This document shows, in pieces, positions 1 through 10,526 of a DNA stretch of 64,000 nucleotides. The notes beneath the pieces were generated by a model. It did not search any database and was not told the DNA's origin. It saw only the letters and a program-made list of their open reading frames with translations. Made by a program: the position numbers and the translations under genes. This stretch comes from Williopsis jadinii (Eukaryota). Every line of letters begins with the position of its first letter. Positions within the stretch are counted from its first letter, which is position 1. The stretch spans positions 4,154,001-4,218,000 of the forward strand of contig AP024664.1 in the NCBI GenBank assembly GCA_024346625.1, read 5' to 3'.

Positions 1-570
1 AAACGAGCCATTGGAGTTCTCACGGCCCTTGTGCAAGTAAACAGTACCGTCTTTCTTCACAGCCAACGCCAACACCCTCTGCTTCTTCGAAGACTGTGGT
101 GAGGAAGCCGGCGGTCTCGAAGACGGGTAGCCTGAGTCCTCAACGACTCTCACGTGAGTGATGTAGCTGTCCACCAGGACCCCATCGGAGTCATAACTCG
201 AGAAGCAGTATTTGATCAGCCCTTGCTTATCTGACTCGTACTGCTGTGCGAGGTTCATGGCGCCGGTCGAGCCCGCTGAAGATCTGTTACTCTTCAAAGC
301 ACCACCACCATTGGCACCACCACCATTGGCACCGCTCTTCACGGGCGCCTGGTGCGGTAGCGGCATCTGTGCAACCATGGGCTTCATGATGTAGCCCTCA
401 GGCCCTGGCTCCGGCAACGACAGGCCGAGCTGGCCCAACGCCGCCGCTCTCTGTGGTGACTGAGCTCCTCCTTGCTGAACACTTGGTGATTGGCCAGACT
501 GTCTCTTGCGCTCTTCCCGCGAGTTCTCGCGCGAGTGCGAGAACTTCTTGAAAGGAGACGTGATTGCCAT
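1..570 (-). CDS. SEC3: Exocyst subunit Sec3, N-terminal part (runs off window start)
   Basis: Manual translation from ATG at 570 (MAITSPFKKF...) is open to base 1. It contains LAQQYESDKQGLIKYCFS...YITHVRVVEDSGYPSSRPP...LHKGRENSNGSF, matching the Sec3 N-terminal PH domain. Not in the ORF track. Confidence 0.92.
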   Translation of the reverse strand, partial: MAITSPFKKFSHSRENSREERKRQSGQSPSVQQGGAQSPQRAAALGQLGLSLPEPGPEGYIMKPMVAQMPLPHQAPVKSGANGGGANGGGALKSNRSSAGSTGAMNLAQQYESDKQGLIKYCFSSYDSDGVLVDSYITHVRVVEDSGYPSSRPPASSPQSSKKQRVLALAVKKDGTVYLHKGRENSNGSF

Positions 571-1455
571 TGTGATCTGCCTCTTGTTTACGTGCTCGCT
601 GGTCTCTGTCTCTGGTTCTCTGTGTGTTTGTGTGTGCTTTTACCACGGCGGCCCCCTTTGCTCTTTGTGTGTGCGTTCGTGATGTTTTGATGGAACCCCC
701 CACCCGCTCTCCCCTCCGCTGCGGCGGGAAAAGGTGGCCTGTGCTGTGTCTGTCTGCTTACATAAGCATTAAAGTCTTAGTCAGTGCTTATGTAAGCATA
801 TGGATTATGTAATATTCCGGTCAAATCTGCCCTGTCCTGCCCTCCCCCTCGGAAATTACCCGATCTGGAAGCGGTAAACGTTATCAGTGGCTCAAACCCT
901 AAACCGGTGCATTCCCTACACACCACGGCCTGTCCGCCTGCCAACAGCACCACCAATTGGCACGTTGTAGTCGTAGAGCTCCAGCCATCACACACCACAT
1001 CACACACCACACACTTCCTCTCACTCCAGACAACAAATCACACTCCACACACCACACACAATCCATCCCTGGGCCAACAACCACAGCCCGCAACGTCCCT
1101 GTTCTGCAGCGTCTGCCCCCCCCCCTCGCCATGTGGCTCCCCCTGTGGCCCTCCCAAATCGGCACGGTCCTCACCAGGTTACCATCACCGGCTTCCGATG
1201 GGCTCCCAGCACAAGGGAAAGGCTTCCAGCAGAAGGGATCAGTTCACGTGACGGGGCACCAGCTCGCTGCCTCCTGCAACGTAATTATGTCCTGCCGTCT
1301 CTTCTCCTGATGACACATCCTCTGTGCTGTGCAGAGGGCGGAAAGCAACGAATCCTGAACGGAGAGGCGTTTTCTCTGCTGGTGCGCTGAGATTGCGAAG
1401 ATACGTCGTCAGTTGACTTTAGAGGGGCCATCTACTGATAAAGTGCGCTGCTGCG

Positions 1456-1463
1456 TATATAAA
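1456..1463 (+). promoter_or_regulatory. TATA box of the glycerol-3-phosphatase gene
   Basis: TATATAAA ~150 bp upstream of ATG 1612. STRE-like AGGGG/CCCCT and a TCACGTGAC E-box (1244-1252) lie further upstream. Confidence 0.6.
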
Positions 1464-1611
1464 GGCGGACGTGGAAGCGAGAGTTGATCCTGCAGACGTT
1501 GAGACAGGTAGCATTGTTATCATCCTCAGACTTGATACTGCTTTCACAGAGGAGCTGGAAGCACTAACACAGCACTAACACAGCACTAACACACACACAC
1601 ACACACACACA

Positions 1612-2400
1612 ATGAGTATGTTACCCTCCACCATACACTCACAAGCATACTAACCCCCCTCAGCCGTCAAGAAACCGATCACCCTCCATCTACACGCCGC
1701 ACTCTTCGACGTGGACGGCACCATCGTGGACTCGTCACAGCCTATCCTGGACTTCTGGGTCAACTTCGGCAAGGACAAGGACTACTTCGACGGGCAGTAC
1801 GTCTTTGACCACACACACGGGTGGAGAACGTTCGATGCCATCGCCAAGTACGCGCCAGACTTTGCTGACGAGGAGCTCGTGAAGAAGCTGGAAGGACAGG
1901 TGCCAGATCTCTATGGCGCCGGTGCCAAGGAGATCCCAGGCGCCATCGACCTGGTGAACAGCATCCTCAACCTGCCTACTGAGTCGCAGAGACTCGCTGT
2001 CGCAACCTCCGGTACCTACGACATGGCCTCCAAGTGGTTCAATATCTTGGGGCTGACGAGACCAGAGGCCTTCATCACCGCAGAGAGCGTCACACACGGG
2101 AAGCCAGACCCAGAGCCTTACCTGCTAGGTAGAAAGTCGCTTGGGTACGCAGACTCTGGGAAGACCGTTGTGGTGTTTGAGGACGCGCCTGCTGGTGTGA
2201 AGGCAGGCCATGGAGCAGGATGCTTCGTGATTGGCATTGCAAGCACATACGACGCGGACACGGTGAAGGGCTTCGGTGCTGATATCGTGGTGCCAGACCT
2301 CACGGGCGTCAAGGTTGTGGACTACGACAAGCACAACGATACGTTCAAGCTGGTGATTGACAACTACGTCTACGCCAGCGAGCAGTTTGTTCAAAGCTGA
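1612..2400 (+). CDS. GPP1: HAD-family glycerol-3-phosphatase (GPP1/GPP2/DOG family); 2 exons, 1612-1615 and 1664-2400
   Basis: Spliced N-terminus MTVKKPITLHLHAALFDVDGTI. HAD motifs DVDGT, HGWRTFDAIAK, GKPDPEPY, VFEDAPAG. Confidence 0.9.
1616..1663 (+). other. Spliceosomal intron (48 nt)
   Basis: GTATGT donor, TACTAAC at 1648-1654, CAG acceptor. Removal puts ATG 1612 in frame. Confidence 0.92.
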
Positions 2401-2509
2401 ACCTTTGCTTTCTCTTTCTCTCTTTCTCTGTTTTTAATGGCTTGGAACGGGGCCTTAATACCGTTATGATAAAGTATATACCGAATACATGCGGCTCTGT
2501 TGTTCAACA

Positions 2510-3274
2510 CTAGCACAGTACGTTGGTGCACTTGCTGATCACCATCTGCTCAGGGTATCCCTCTCCGTCCATCTTCCTCGTGGTGTTGCTATATGTGATG
2601 CCCCATTTCCCGGTGAACCGGTACTCGATGGTCTTCTCACGCTCGTTATACTTCTTTCTCCAGATTGGCGGGGCATCCACGTATTTGATGTAATCTCCAT
2701 GGCAGTCGTCCGCAATGACCGTGGTTCCTGGGTTGATGAGCCCAAGCGACTCCAGCGCCCTCAGGTCCAGCAGATAGTTCCCCTCGTTGTGGTTCAGCAG
2801 TATGAAGTTGACACGCTCAACGATATGGGACTTCTGCCACGCCTCAACCAGCTCATCCGGAGAGCCCTCGTGTATGATAACACGGTCCTGCAACCCGGCC
2901 AGCTCAACCACTGCCTTGGCAGCTTCACAGTACTTCGTGTTGGTGTCAAATGAATGAACCTTTGCACGTGACTGCATCTCATGGAGCTCAATTGCAATCA
3001 CAATGGCAGTGTACCCGATATACGAGCCCAGCTCGACAACAACCTGGGGTTTGATCTTGTGCAACTCCTCCTTGATCAAGGAGCGTTTGCGTACATCGTT
3101 TCCTTTGAACACCTCGATCTCTTTGATAACCTTTTCCGGGTCTCCTTGCAGCTCGTCTCTCTTTGAGAGCAAATGCTCCAATATCTCTTCTGGCGACTTG
3201 GAAGCCAGCGCTTGTTAGTATCTGTGTGCTCGTGAAGAAGGTCGAAACAACCGTGGCCATACTCTTGTTGTCAT
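2510..3274 (-). CDS. Catechol-O-methyltransferase-like SAM-dependent methyltransferase; probable exons 3274-3263 and 3196-2510
   Basis: GDPEKVIKEIE, ELGSYIGY SAM-binding motif and YLLDLRALESLGLINPGTTVIAD are typical of fungal COMT. The ATG exon is joined by a predicted intron. Confidence 0.8.
3197..3262 (-). other. Probable spliceosomal intron (66 nt, GTATGG...TACTAAC...AAG)
   Basis: Perfect TACTAAC branch point. The unspliced frame stops in the branch point, and only this AAG acceptor restores the frame (MTTR|SPEEILEH). Confidence 0.65.
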
Positions 3275-3804
3275 AGTACCTGCTGCTCGCTGTCTCTTCT
3301 CCTCTCTGTCTCTTCTCCTCGTGATGGCGCCGGAACCTGATATTCCTTGCCCTTTTATAGTGGAAACTTTAGCGTTGTAGGTTGTGCCCCGGGTGGTCTG
3401 ACCAGAAGTTGCTACGCAATAGACGGAACGAGTTTGACACATTGAGCCCCTTCCCGAACAAAATGCCTACGTCGTGCCTCAGTTCAAGCCGTCTATGCCA
3501 TCCACAGCACCCCCAGGCCCGGGTGTTGCGCCTAAGGAAGATCTCGTTGCTGTGTGGGGGTGGCAGGAGCAAGGGTTTATGACTATCAGGCACAGGGACA
3601 TGGATCACGCTGTGATAAGACTACACAGGGAGGACATGGATCACACTGGGACATGGATCACACTGTGATGAGACTACACGGCGTAGCTATGCAATGAATA
3701 TTGAAAGAGAATCCTGCTTCGTCTTTCCTTTCCGTTGGAACTCGGTCGAATAAATAGTGTGTATGTATATGTCTTTGGTTGGCCTCCTATCGGTGCCTGG
3801 AGCA

Positions 3805-5424
3805 TTAGAACGAATGCTCTGTGGAATCGCCACCAGTAGCACTGCCCATGGAGCTTCCGTTGACTGTTCTAACGATGGAGTCCACCATCTCAGCACCGGA
3901 CCACTTCTGGTGGGTCAAAACGTCACAGCCAAGAGCCTTTTCTCTGCTCTGGACAATGTCCACGTAAGCCTTCATACCTTTCTCGCTGAACCCCTGTGCC
4001 AGCTCGAATGAGCTCAAGGCATTGGAGTGCAATCCAGCCAATGATACCAACTGCAAGACGAACCCACTCTTGCCGAGCTCGTTGATGAACTCCGCCAGGT
4101 CGTGGTCGTTGAAGCCATGGGCACTCCAGTTGAACGATGGCGACAGGTTGTACACAAGCTTCTTATCTGGGTAAACGTCATGGATGCGCTTAGCAAAGGA
4201 CTGCGCGTACTCCAGGTTTGGAGTCTTTGTCTCCAACCACAGCAGGTCGGCATACGGAGCGTAGTTCAGCACCCTCTTGACGGCAGTGTCGATTGACGCG
4301 TCCACCAAGTGGTAGCCTTCCTGAGTACGTGGCGCATCCCAGTTGAAGTAGATTGGCTCGCCGCCAGACACCTCGGCAAACAACTCACGGCACTCAGCGT
4401 TCGACTTGCCTTGAGCCTGCTCCAAGTAGTAGTCCAACAGCTCAGGCTTACCCAGCTCCTTCAACTTCAGCTCAACAGCCTGGTTGAAAGTGTACAGCGG
4501 GTTGGCTGCGAGCCACTCGCTCTCAACCTTCTCCAACTGTGGCCCCGTGAGCCCCTGTCCCTGGGCGTCGATCAGAACCTCCGTCAACGGCTTGACAGGC
4601 GTGATCACACCCTGGATGAACTCATGGTCTCTCGGATCCACAGACGAGTTCAGCAAGTTACCCGTCTCCGCGTCGCTTCTGGCTATGACCAAGTTCTCGG
4701 ACCCCATGATATCCCATTGTAGTCTTGTGGCGATCAGACGGCGGATCTGCTCCCCTGTTGAAACCAGCACCTTGCCGGCCAGATGGCCACACTTCTTACC
4801 GCCGTGAAGTTGGTCCTCGATGTGGATCGCACTGGCTCCCTTCTCTGCAAACAGCTTGGCCAGCTTCATCACTGAGCCAACACCGCCATGGCCAGTGTCC
4901 GCATCTGCAATGATTGGTCTCATGTAGTCGACACGCTCGGTGTTTGCAGGGTCCTTGGACTGCAGCCAGGTGTAGTAGCTCTTCTTGTCGTGCAACTGCT
5001 GGGCCTTGAACAGCCTCTCCACCTGGTTTGGCACGGTGTCGTATGGATAGTCACCGAAATCAGGCCCAACCTCGTTGGTCGTGGTCAGGATCGACGAGCA
5101 TGCCCATCCACTCACGTACACAACCTCCTGGAAGTGGGCGTTCTGCGACATCTGGACAGGATCTGTTGATCCCAGCACACGCACCGCCTGGCCGTTCTTG
5201 AAACGTTCCTCAAACACAGCAAACAGTCGCTTGGCCTGCACTGACGATGGGTACTCCGTCAACGGCAGGGACCCACGGTACTGCGCAACATCCTCCGGCG
5301 AGTACGTTCTTTTGATGCCTTTGAAACGTGGCGATTTGAACCACTCCGCGATCGAGCTCACAACCTGCTTGTGGTTCTGCAAGGCCTCCTTCGCAGTTGG
5401 GTAGGGGAATCTCGACAATGACAT
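3805..5424 (-). CDS. ICL2: 2-methylisocitrate lyase (ICL2 type); start at 5424, or alternatively 5460
   Basis: Isocitrate lyase family KKCGH motif with methylisocitrate-lyase-type residues: SGWACSS, KKCGHLAG, WLETKTP, LQLVSLAGLH. Confidence 0.88.
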   Translation of the reverse strand: MSLSRFPYPTAKEALQNHKQVVSSIAEWFKSPRFKGIKRTYSPEDVAQYRGSLPLTEYPSSVQAKRLFAVFEERFKNGQAVRVLGSTDPVQMSQNAHFQEVVYVSGWACSSILTTTNEVGPDFGDYPYDTVPNQVERLFKAQQLHDKKSYYTWLQSKDPANTERVDYMRPIIADADTGHGGVGSVMKLAKLFAEKGASAIHIEDQLHGGKKCGHLAGKVLVSTGEQIRRLIATRLQWDIMGSENLVIARSDAETGNLLNSSVDPRDHEFIQGVITPVKPLTEVLIDAQGQGLTGPQLEKVESEWLAANPLYTFNQAVELKLKELGKPELLDYYLEQAQGKSNAECRELFAEVSGGEPIYFNWDAPRTQEGYHLVDASIDTAVKRVLNYAPYADLLWLETKTPNLEYAQSFAKRIHDVYPDKKLVYNLSPSFNWSAHGFNDHDLAEFINELGKSGFVLQLVSLAGLHSNALSSFELAQGFSEKGMKAYVDIVQSREKALGCDVLTHQKWSGAEMVDSIVRTVNGSSMGSATGGDSTEHSF

Positions 5425-5839
5425 CGTGGGCTTATCTTCAACACTCAACACAGCACGCATGGCAGCATCAAAAGTCGAAAAAACAGCACGCCAGAAATCA
5501 TTTATACACACCACGCCCCCTAAAACCTTCTCATCTGACCATTCCAGTACCAAATGACCCACCAGCGACCCAACGGAAGGCGCAGATGGCCCCATGGGTC
5601 AGCGTTCTATGGCCGAGAGGGCCCTTTCCCCCCTGCCCCACCAGCGTGGGTACGTTACCACGGTTTCCTATGACCGTGCGAAGTATTCCTCTTCGGGGAA
5701 TTTTCGCGGGAGGCGTGATCGCGCCCGGTAGCCGTGGTCGGAACATTGCCCGATCGGGCAATGCCGATCTCGATCATGTTGTGTGCTATGGAGCGCAGTG
5801 CTTGGTTGGCCTGTCAGCTCTGCTCGTCAGCTGTGCTCA

Positions 5840-6628
5840 TCAGCTCTGGAGGGCTCTCCATTGCCTTGAGACGATGGTCACGAAGGTGGTGTAGTCCCCG
5901 TGTGAGAGCAGCAAGGCGATGAGCGCTGTTCTGGTGAGCAGCTTGCACACGGTTAGGATTGCGAACATGACGATGGGCTTCCAGAGGGGGAACTGGGTGA
6001 TGAGCCGCAATGCCTCAACAAGGGCAACGTTTGTGCACAGCTTCATGGTGATGGACATTGTTGTCGGGTCCAGCTGGCTCGAGTCGTACGGCCAGATGAG
6101 CATCAGGAGCGGGAACAGTCTCACGCCACTGAATATCACCAAGGTCATGGATATGGCCGTCCCGGGCGTGGTGGAGTCTCTGGGGGTCCACTTGAACAGC
6201 GTGCACGTCAGCCATTGTAATAGCCAGTGCGTGAGAAGATCATCGCTGAAGCACTGTACTCCAAAGTACAAGTACTGTGTGACTGCGTCCTTCGCCAACA
6301 CCTCGTTGTAAATGGAGAAGTCCTTGATACCGCCGAGGCCCTTCCTCTCCTCGTAAGCCCATGTTATATAGATCTCAAACAACACGCTCACAAGACGGAT
6401 TTTGCGAGCGGTGGACATCCCCTTGTCCAAGCCTATCGAGTTGAACACCAGGTGTCTAAACACCTGGCCTTTCAACAAGAGCACATCGATGAACAACAGC
6501 ACATTGTCGAATTCAACGTACTTGTCACACACTTGATGACACAATGCACAGTCCGTGAGCTTGATGTGTCCATTGGGATACGTCGTGTAGAGACTGCTCA
6601 CGGGCTCACCACACTCGATACAGATCAT
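5840..6628 (-). CDS. ARV1: Arv1 sterol/lipid homeostasis protein
   Basis: MICIECG...IKLTDC..C...DKYVEFDNVLLFIDVLLLK zinc-binding Arv1 homology domain followed by transmembrane segments. Confidence 0.95.
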   Translation of the reverse strand: MICIECGEPVSSLYTTYPNGHIKLTDCALCHQVCDKYVEFDNVLLFIDVLLLKGQVFRHLVFNSIGLDKGMSTARKIRLVSVLFEIYITWAYEERKGLGGIKDFSIYNEVLAKDAVTQYLYFGVQCFSDDLLTHWLLQWLTCTLFKWTPRDSTTPGTAISMTLVIFSGVRLFPLLMLIWPYDSSQLDPTTMSITMKLCTNVALVEALRLITQFPLWKPIVMFAILTVCKLLTRTALIALLLSHGDYTTFVTIVSRQWRALQS

Positions 6629-6915
6629 GGGATGCTTCTAGACGTGGCACAAGATGTAGTTCTCGGTCACCCTGGCCCTCGCTATCTCTGCTTATCCAAA
6701 CGATTTCTTCAACTCCGCCGAGTTGATGTTGATGTTGATCTGCCAACTGTGACATGTGCACTATTTGGTGTCCGGGTGTTCTATTACGTAATCGTGGTGT
6801 CCGGGTGTGCTGGACGTGCCCGATGACCTCGCGAGCCACCACTAACAACAACAGCCATCCCAACACACATCGAAGGCATATTGAAGCTGCTGTAATCGTT
6901 GTTGTCCCACTGGAA

Positions 6916-8491
6916 ATGGCTAAACCACAGTGTAGATTCTTTCAGCAGGGTAAGTAGCTTCTTCTCCCTTGTGTGCTTCTCATACTAACGACAGACAGGG
7001 AATTGTAGAAAGGGTGATAACTGTCCCTTTCGCCATGATATGAATAATGGCTCCTCGAGGTCTGGCAACTCACTGAAAGATGAAGTTAGCCGGTTCTGCG
7101 ATCCAAAGTCGTTGGATATGAAGGAGAAAGAACTGCGTGACACCTTGGACATCTACAGAGAATTGGACATGGTTGTGACGTCTTCGATGGGGTTGCCGTT
7201 CCCAGCATCGGTCAATCTCATAGCCGGCAGGGACTATTCATTTGAAGAGTCGAGGTGGGATTTTATACAGTCTCAGAGCTCAAACACGCTGTCCCAGTAC
7301 GAAACGGCGATGAGCTCGAGGAAGTCGGATATGGATTGGTGTGTGAAAGAACTTTTGCGAGACACAAGAAAGGCTGCAAGATATACACAGACTGTCACTG
7401 AGAAGCAGTTCAACGGTGAACAAGTGACTGTTCGACCATTCTTGAGCAAGGAACTGGACCTCACTGGTCAGTCGAGCAATGCTTTGGCACTGGGGTCTGG
7501 CTCTAATCCGTTTGGCTCTCAGAAACAGACAACATCAGCGTTTGGATCATCAGGATTCGGTTCCAAAGGTAATAGCAATGGTTCTTCCTCGTTTGGCCAA
7601 TCGTCATTTGGACAATCAGTGTTTGGCCAGGCTTCGAGTACAAGTGCATTTGGCCAGGCTTCGAGTACAGGTGCCTTTGGTTCTTCAGGATTTGGAGCTG
7701 CTAAGGGATCAAGTGCCTTTGGTTCTTCAGGATTTGGAGCTGCTGGAGGATCAAGTGCCTTTGGATCCTCAGGATTTGGACAACCTTCGAATAATGCCAA
7801 TAGCTCGACTTCACCTTTTGGTAAGCTGGGTGGTGGATCTGCAACGACGACGTCTGCTTTTGGATCTTCAGGATTCGGACAGAGTACAAGTTCAAATACA
7901 ACTTCACCATTCGCACAGATGACTGGTAATAGTAACTCTACAAGTTTTGGTCAAAGTGGGTTTGGTTCTTCGACTGATTCAAAGTCACCGTTTGGTCAGT
8001 TATCCACTGGAGACTCAAAGAGCTCACCGTTTGGTCAGTTATCCACTGGAGACTCAAAGAGCTCGCCGTTTGGTCAACCTGCTACCTCCACTACTTCCGC
8101 CTTTGGTCAACCTACTTCATCTGCTTTCGGTCAGTCTGCTTCGACGTCTGCCTTTGGCCAACCTGCTTCAACATCTGCCTTTGGCCAACCTACTGCATCT
8201 GCCTTTGGTCAAAGTACGACGAATAACTCACCATTTGGCCAGCAGAATACTAATAGTGTCTCAACGTTTGGCCAATCCACATCGTCTGCATTTGGTTCAG
8301 GCTCGTTTGGATTCTCAAATGGTTCAAATTCACACAATACGGCATTCACTCCAGGCCTAAAACAGAGTGAAAAGGAACCTGAAAGGGTAAAAGAAGATGA
8401 TTTGAGCGAGGAGATTATCAAGCTGTTTAAAGAAGAAGCCTTCATACTGGGAAAGGTTCCCGAAATTGAACCACCATTGGTGCTATGCTAA
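6916..8491 (+). CDS. NUP42: FG nucleoporin Nup42/Amo1 with N-terminal CCCH zinc finger; exons 6916-6949 and 6999-8491
   Basis: Spliced N-terminus MAKPQCRFFQQGNCRKGDNCPFRH. Many SAFG/SPFG repeats. C-terminal F..GKVPEIEPP Gle1-binding motif. Confidence 0.88.
6950..6998 (+). other. Spliceosomal intron (49 nt)
   Basis: GTAAGT donor, TACTAAC at 6983-6989, CAG at 6996-6998. Removal completes the CCCH finger in frame. Confidence 0.9.
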
Positions 8492-8504
8492 GCTGGTGTA
8501 AAAC

Positions 8505-10376
8505 CTAGGCTCCTGCCTGTGCAGCTTCTGCGTCTCTTCTCAATCCGACATAAGTGTTTAATATAACGTTTTGACTTTGCACAGACGTGGCGAAGGAATC
8601 TCTGTATAGTTGTACCATCTCGCCAGTGACTTGTTCTTTGGTCTTTACACCTTCACAAATCTTTTTCAGCTCTTCCTCCATATTCTTCCTCAAGAACGGT
8701 TTAGTCAATGAGTTGTTCAAATTTATCTTCTCAAATCCCTCAACTAACCCCATTCCAAGTACCGTTGGAATTAAGAACTTCTTACCTTGTCTGGGCGCCG
8801 ATTTAGTGATGTATTCACGGCTCAAAATCTTTTCAATGTGATCTGCAATTGTTGCATCGGTTCCTATACCATTGGCATCCATCAATGCAATAAGTTCAGT
8901 TTCCGTCATTAGACTTGGTGGCTGTGTCTGTCCTGCTTTAATCTCAGCACTGTGTAATTTGATCTCCTCATTGAGCTCAAATCTGGGGAGCTGTGTACTC
9001 GAAGTCCATTTTTGATATTTGTAGATCAGCAAGAAGTTCTCTTCTAGCACTGTTAACCCACTAGCATTAAACTTTTCCTCTCCCCATGTCAGCTCCACTG
9101 AATTGGTCATACCTTTAGCATCTTCAGAACAAGTGGCTAAGAAATGACGGACTATGAACTCATAAACCTGCTTATGCTTCATGGTCAAATCTGGGCACTT
9201 TGTGAATAGCACTGGATGAATCGGTGGATGTGCCTCATCATCGTGCTTTCCAGCCCTCGGTTGACTGAACTTGTCACCATCTAGAAGACCCCTTGCGTAT
9301 TCGCCCCATGATTCACTCGACGTCTGTTTCGATATGAGATCCTTTAGATCCATCTTCTTGGGGTATTTATCAGTCTCAGTTCTAGGGTATGAAATGAACC
9401 CTAACTGGTAGAGCTTCTCGGCACAATCCAAAGACTCCTTTGCACTCATCTTAAAGTACATCGAGCATGCCTTCTGCAACTGTACCGTTGTTAACGGTAA
9501 CGGTTTCCATTTCGAAGTTGGTGAAGACTTGACGCTTGTAACAGTGGCGATATTGGACTTCATACACCGTTCATAGATAAGCACGGTGGCCAGTCTATCA
9601 AACAGCCTCGTTCGTTTCCATGCAAACTTTGTTGGCTTATCATCTCTTTTAACAGATATGTCAATGTGCCAAAAGGGTTCAGGCTTGAACCCCTTCACCC
9701 TTTTATAACGATCAACGACAAATCCCAATGTTGGGAACTGGCACGATCCATATGAGATCACATCCTTGTTGTCGTTCCTATACCTTTCGAATACGCCTGT
9801 TAGGAACCGGGTAAAGGCCGCACCTGTTCTCAAGTCCAGCTCCATTCGAGTCCTTACCGCGTCAATAGCCTTCGCATCCAGCCTGGTTGGCCTTCTCGCA
9901 GCTTGTAAGATATGTGATCGCTCCAAATGAGAAAACTGTGCTCTCCATGTGTTTTGCAAGGTCAGCGTTGCATTGCCCTTCCTCGCAGCCTGGAGGATTT
10001 CAAACCCGATGTACTCGCCCTCTCTATCACAATCAGTCCAGATCATCAACTGGTCGCACTGTTTACTCAACTGAGTGATGTTCTGAGCAACTTTTTTCTG
10101 GTCTGCCGAAGCCTTGTCCACTATGGGGGCCTCAAACAACCTTCCTGGGTTCACCTTGCCCCAGGAGAACTCATCAGAGAAGTCAACACCGCACACATGG
10201 CCAGCAACAGCTGTCATAACAACATCACACACACCGTGGTTCGGGAATTCGAATTGGAATTCGTAGTTCTTGACGTACTTGTACGCCGAATCTCTCGTTC
10301 TGACGCGACCGCCTCCAAGGATCTGCGATACTGCCTTGGAGATCGAGTTCTTCTCGGCAACACACAGCACTTTCAT
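8505..10376 (-). CDS. TOP3: DNA topoisomerase III
   Basis: MKVLCVAEKNS, WTDCDREGEYIG, ISYPRTET (catalytic Tyr), AHPPIHP, GIGTDAT motifs. Confidence 0.98.
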   Translation of the reverse strand: MKVLCVAEKNSISKAVSQILGGGRVRTRDSAYKYVKNYEFQFEFPNHGVCDVVMTAVAGHVCGVDFSDEFSWGKVNPGRLFEAPIVDKASADQKKVAQNITQLSKQCDQLMIWTDCDREGEYIGFEILQAARKGNATLTLQNTWRAQFSHLERSHILQAARRPTRLDAKAIDAVRTRMELDLRTGAAFTRFLTGVFERYRNDNKDVISYGSCQFPTLGFVVDRYKRVKGFKPEPFWHIDISVKRDDKPTKFAWKRTRLFDRLATVLIYERCMKSNIATVTSVKSSPTSKWKPLPLTTVQLQKACSMYFKMSAKESLDCAEKLYQLGFISYPRTETDKYPKKMDLKDLISKQTSSESWGEYARGLLDGDKFSQPRAGKHDDEAHPPIHPVLFTKCPDLTMKHKQVYEFIVRHFLATCSEDAKGMTNSVELTWGEEKFNASGLTVLEENFLLIYKYQKWTSSTQLPRFELNEEIKLHSAEIKAGQTQPPSLMTETELIALMDANGIGTDATIADHIEKILSREYITKSAPRQGKKFLIPTVLGMGLVEGFEKINLNNSLTKPFLRKNMEEELKKICEGVKTKEQVTGEMVQLYRDSFATSVQSQNVILNTYVGLRRDAEAAQAGA

Positions 10377-10453
10377 ACCTTTTGCTGCTGTGAAGAGGTT
10401 GGTGAGGCATAAAGCGATGAGGTTGAAGTGTGCTTGTCTGTTTACTTTTCAGA

Positions 10454-10526
10454 AACACCCGGACACCACCTTCAACACATCTGGACACCCATACACCCAG
10501 ACACCTGGACACCTGGACATCACCTG
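10454..10526. promoter_or_regulatory. Cluster of Rap1-consensus / 8-bp periodic ACACCC motifs in the TOP3-EST1 divergent promoter
   Basis: GGACACCC ATACACCC AGACACCT GGACACCT in tandem; includes ACACCCATACACC. Confidence 0.6.

Noticed and set aside
985..1060. CA-rich tract as internal telomeric repeat
   Set aside because: Irregular low-complexity promoter sequence with no fixed unit.
1560..1611. Tandem branch-point-like CACTAAC-ACAG repeats and (CA)n before GPP
   Set aside because: No convincing upstream donor; treated as 5' UTR slippage repeats.
5461..5595. N-terminal extension of ICL2 in the ORF track
   Set aside because: No family similarity, and it contains a TATAAA-like element on the coding strand, so it is probably promoter/UTR.
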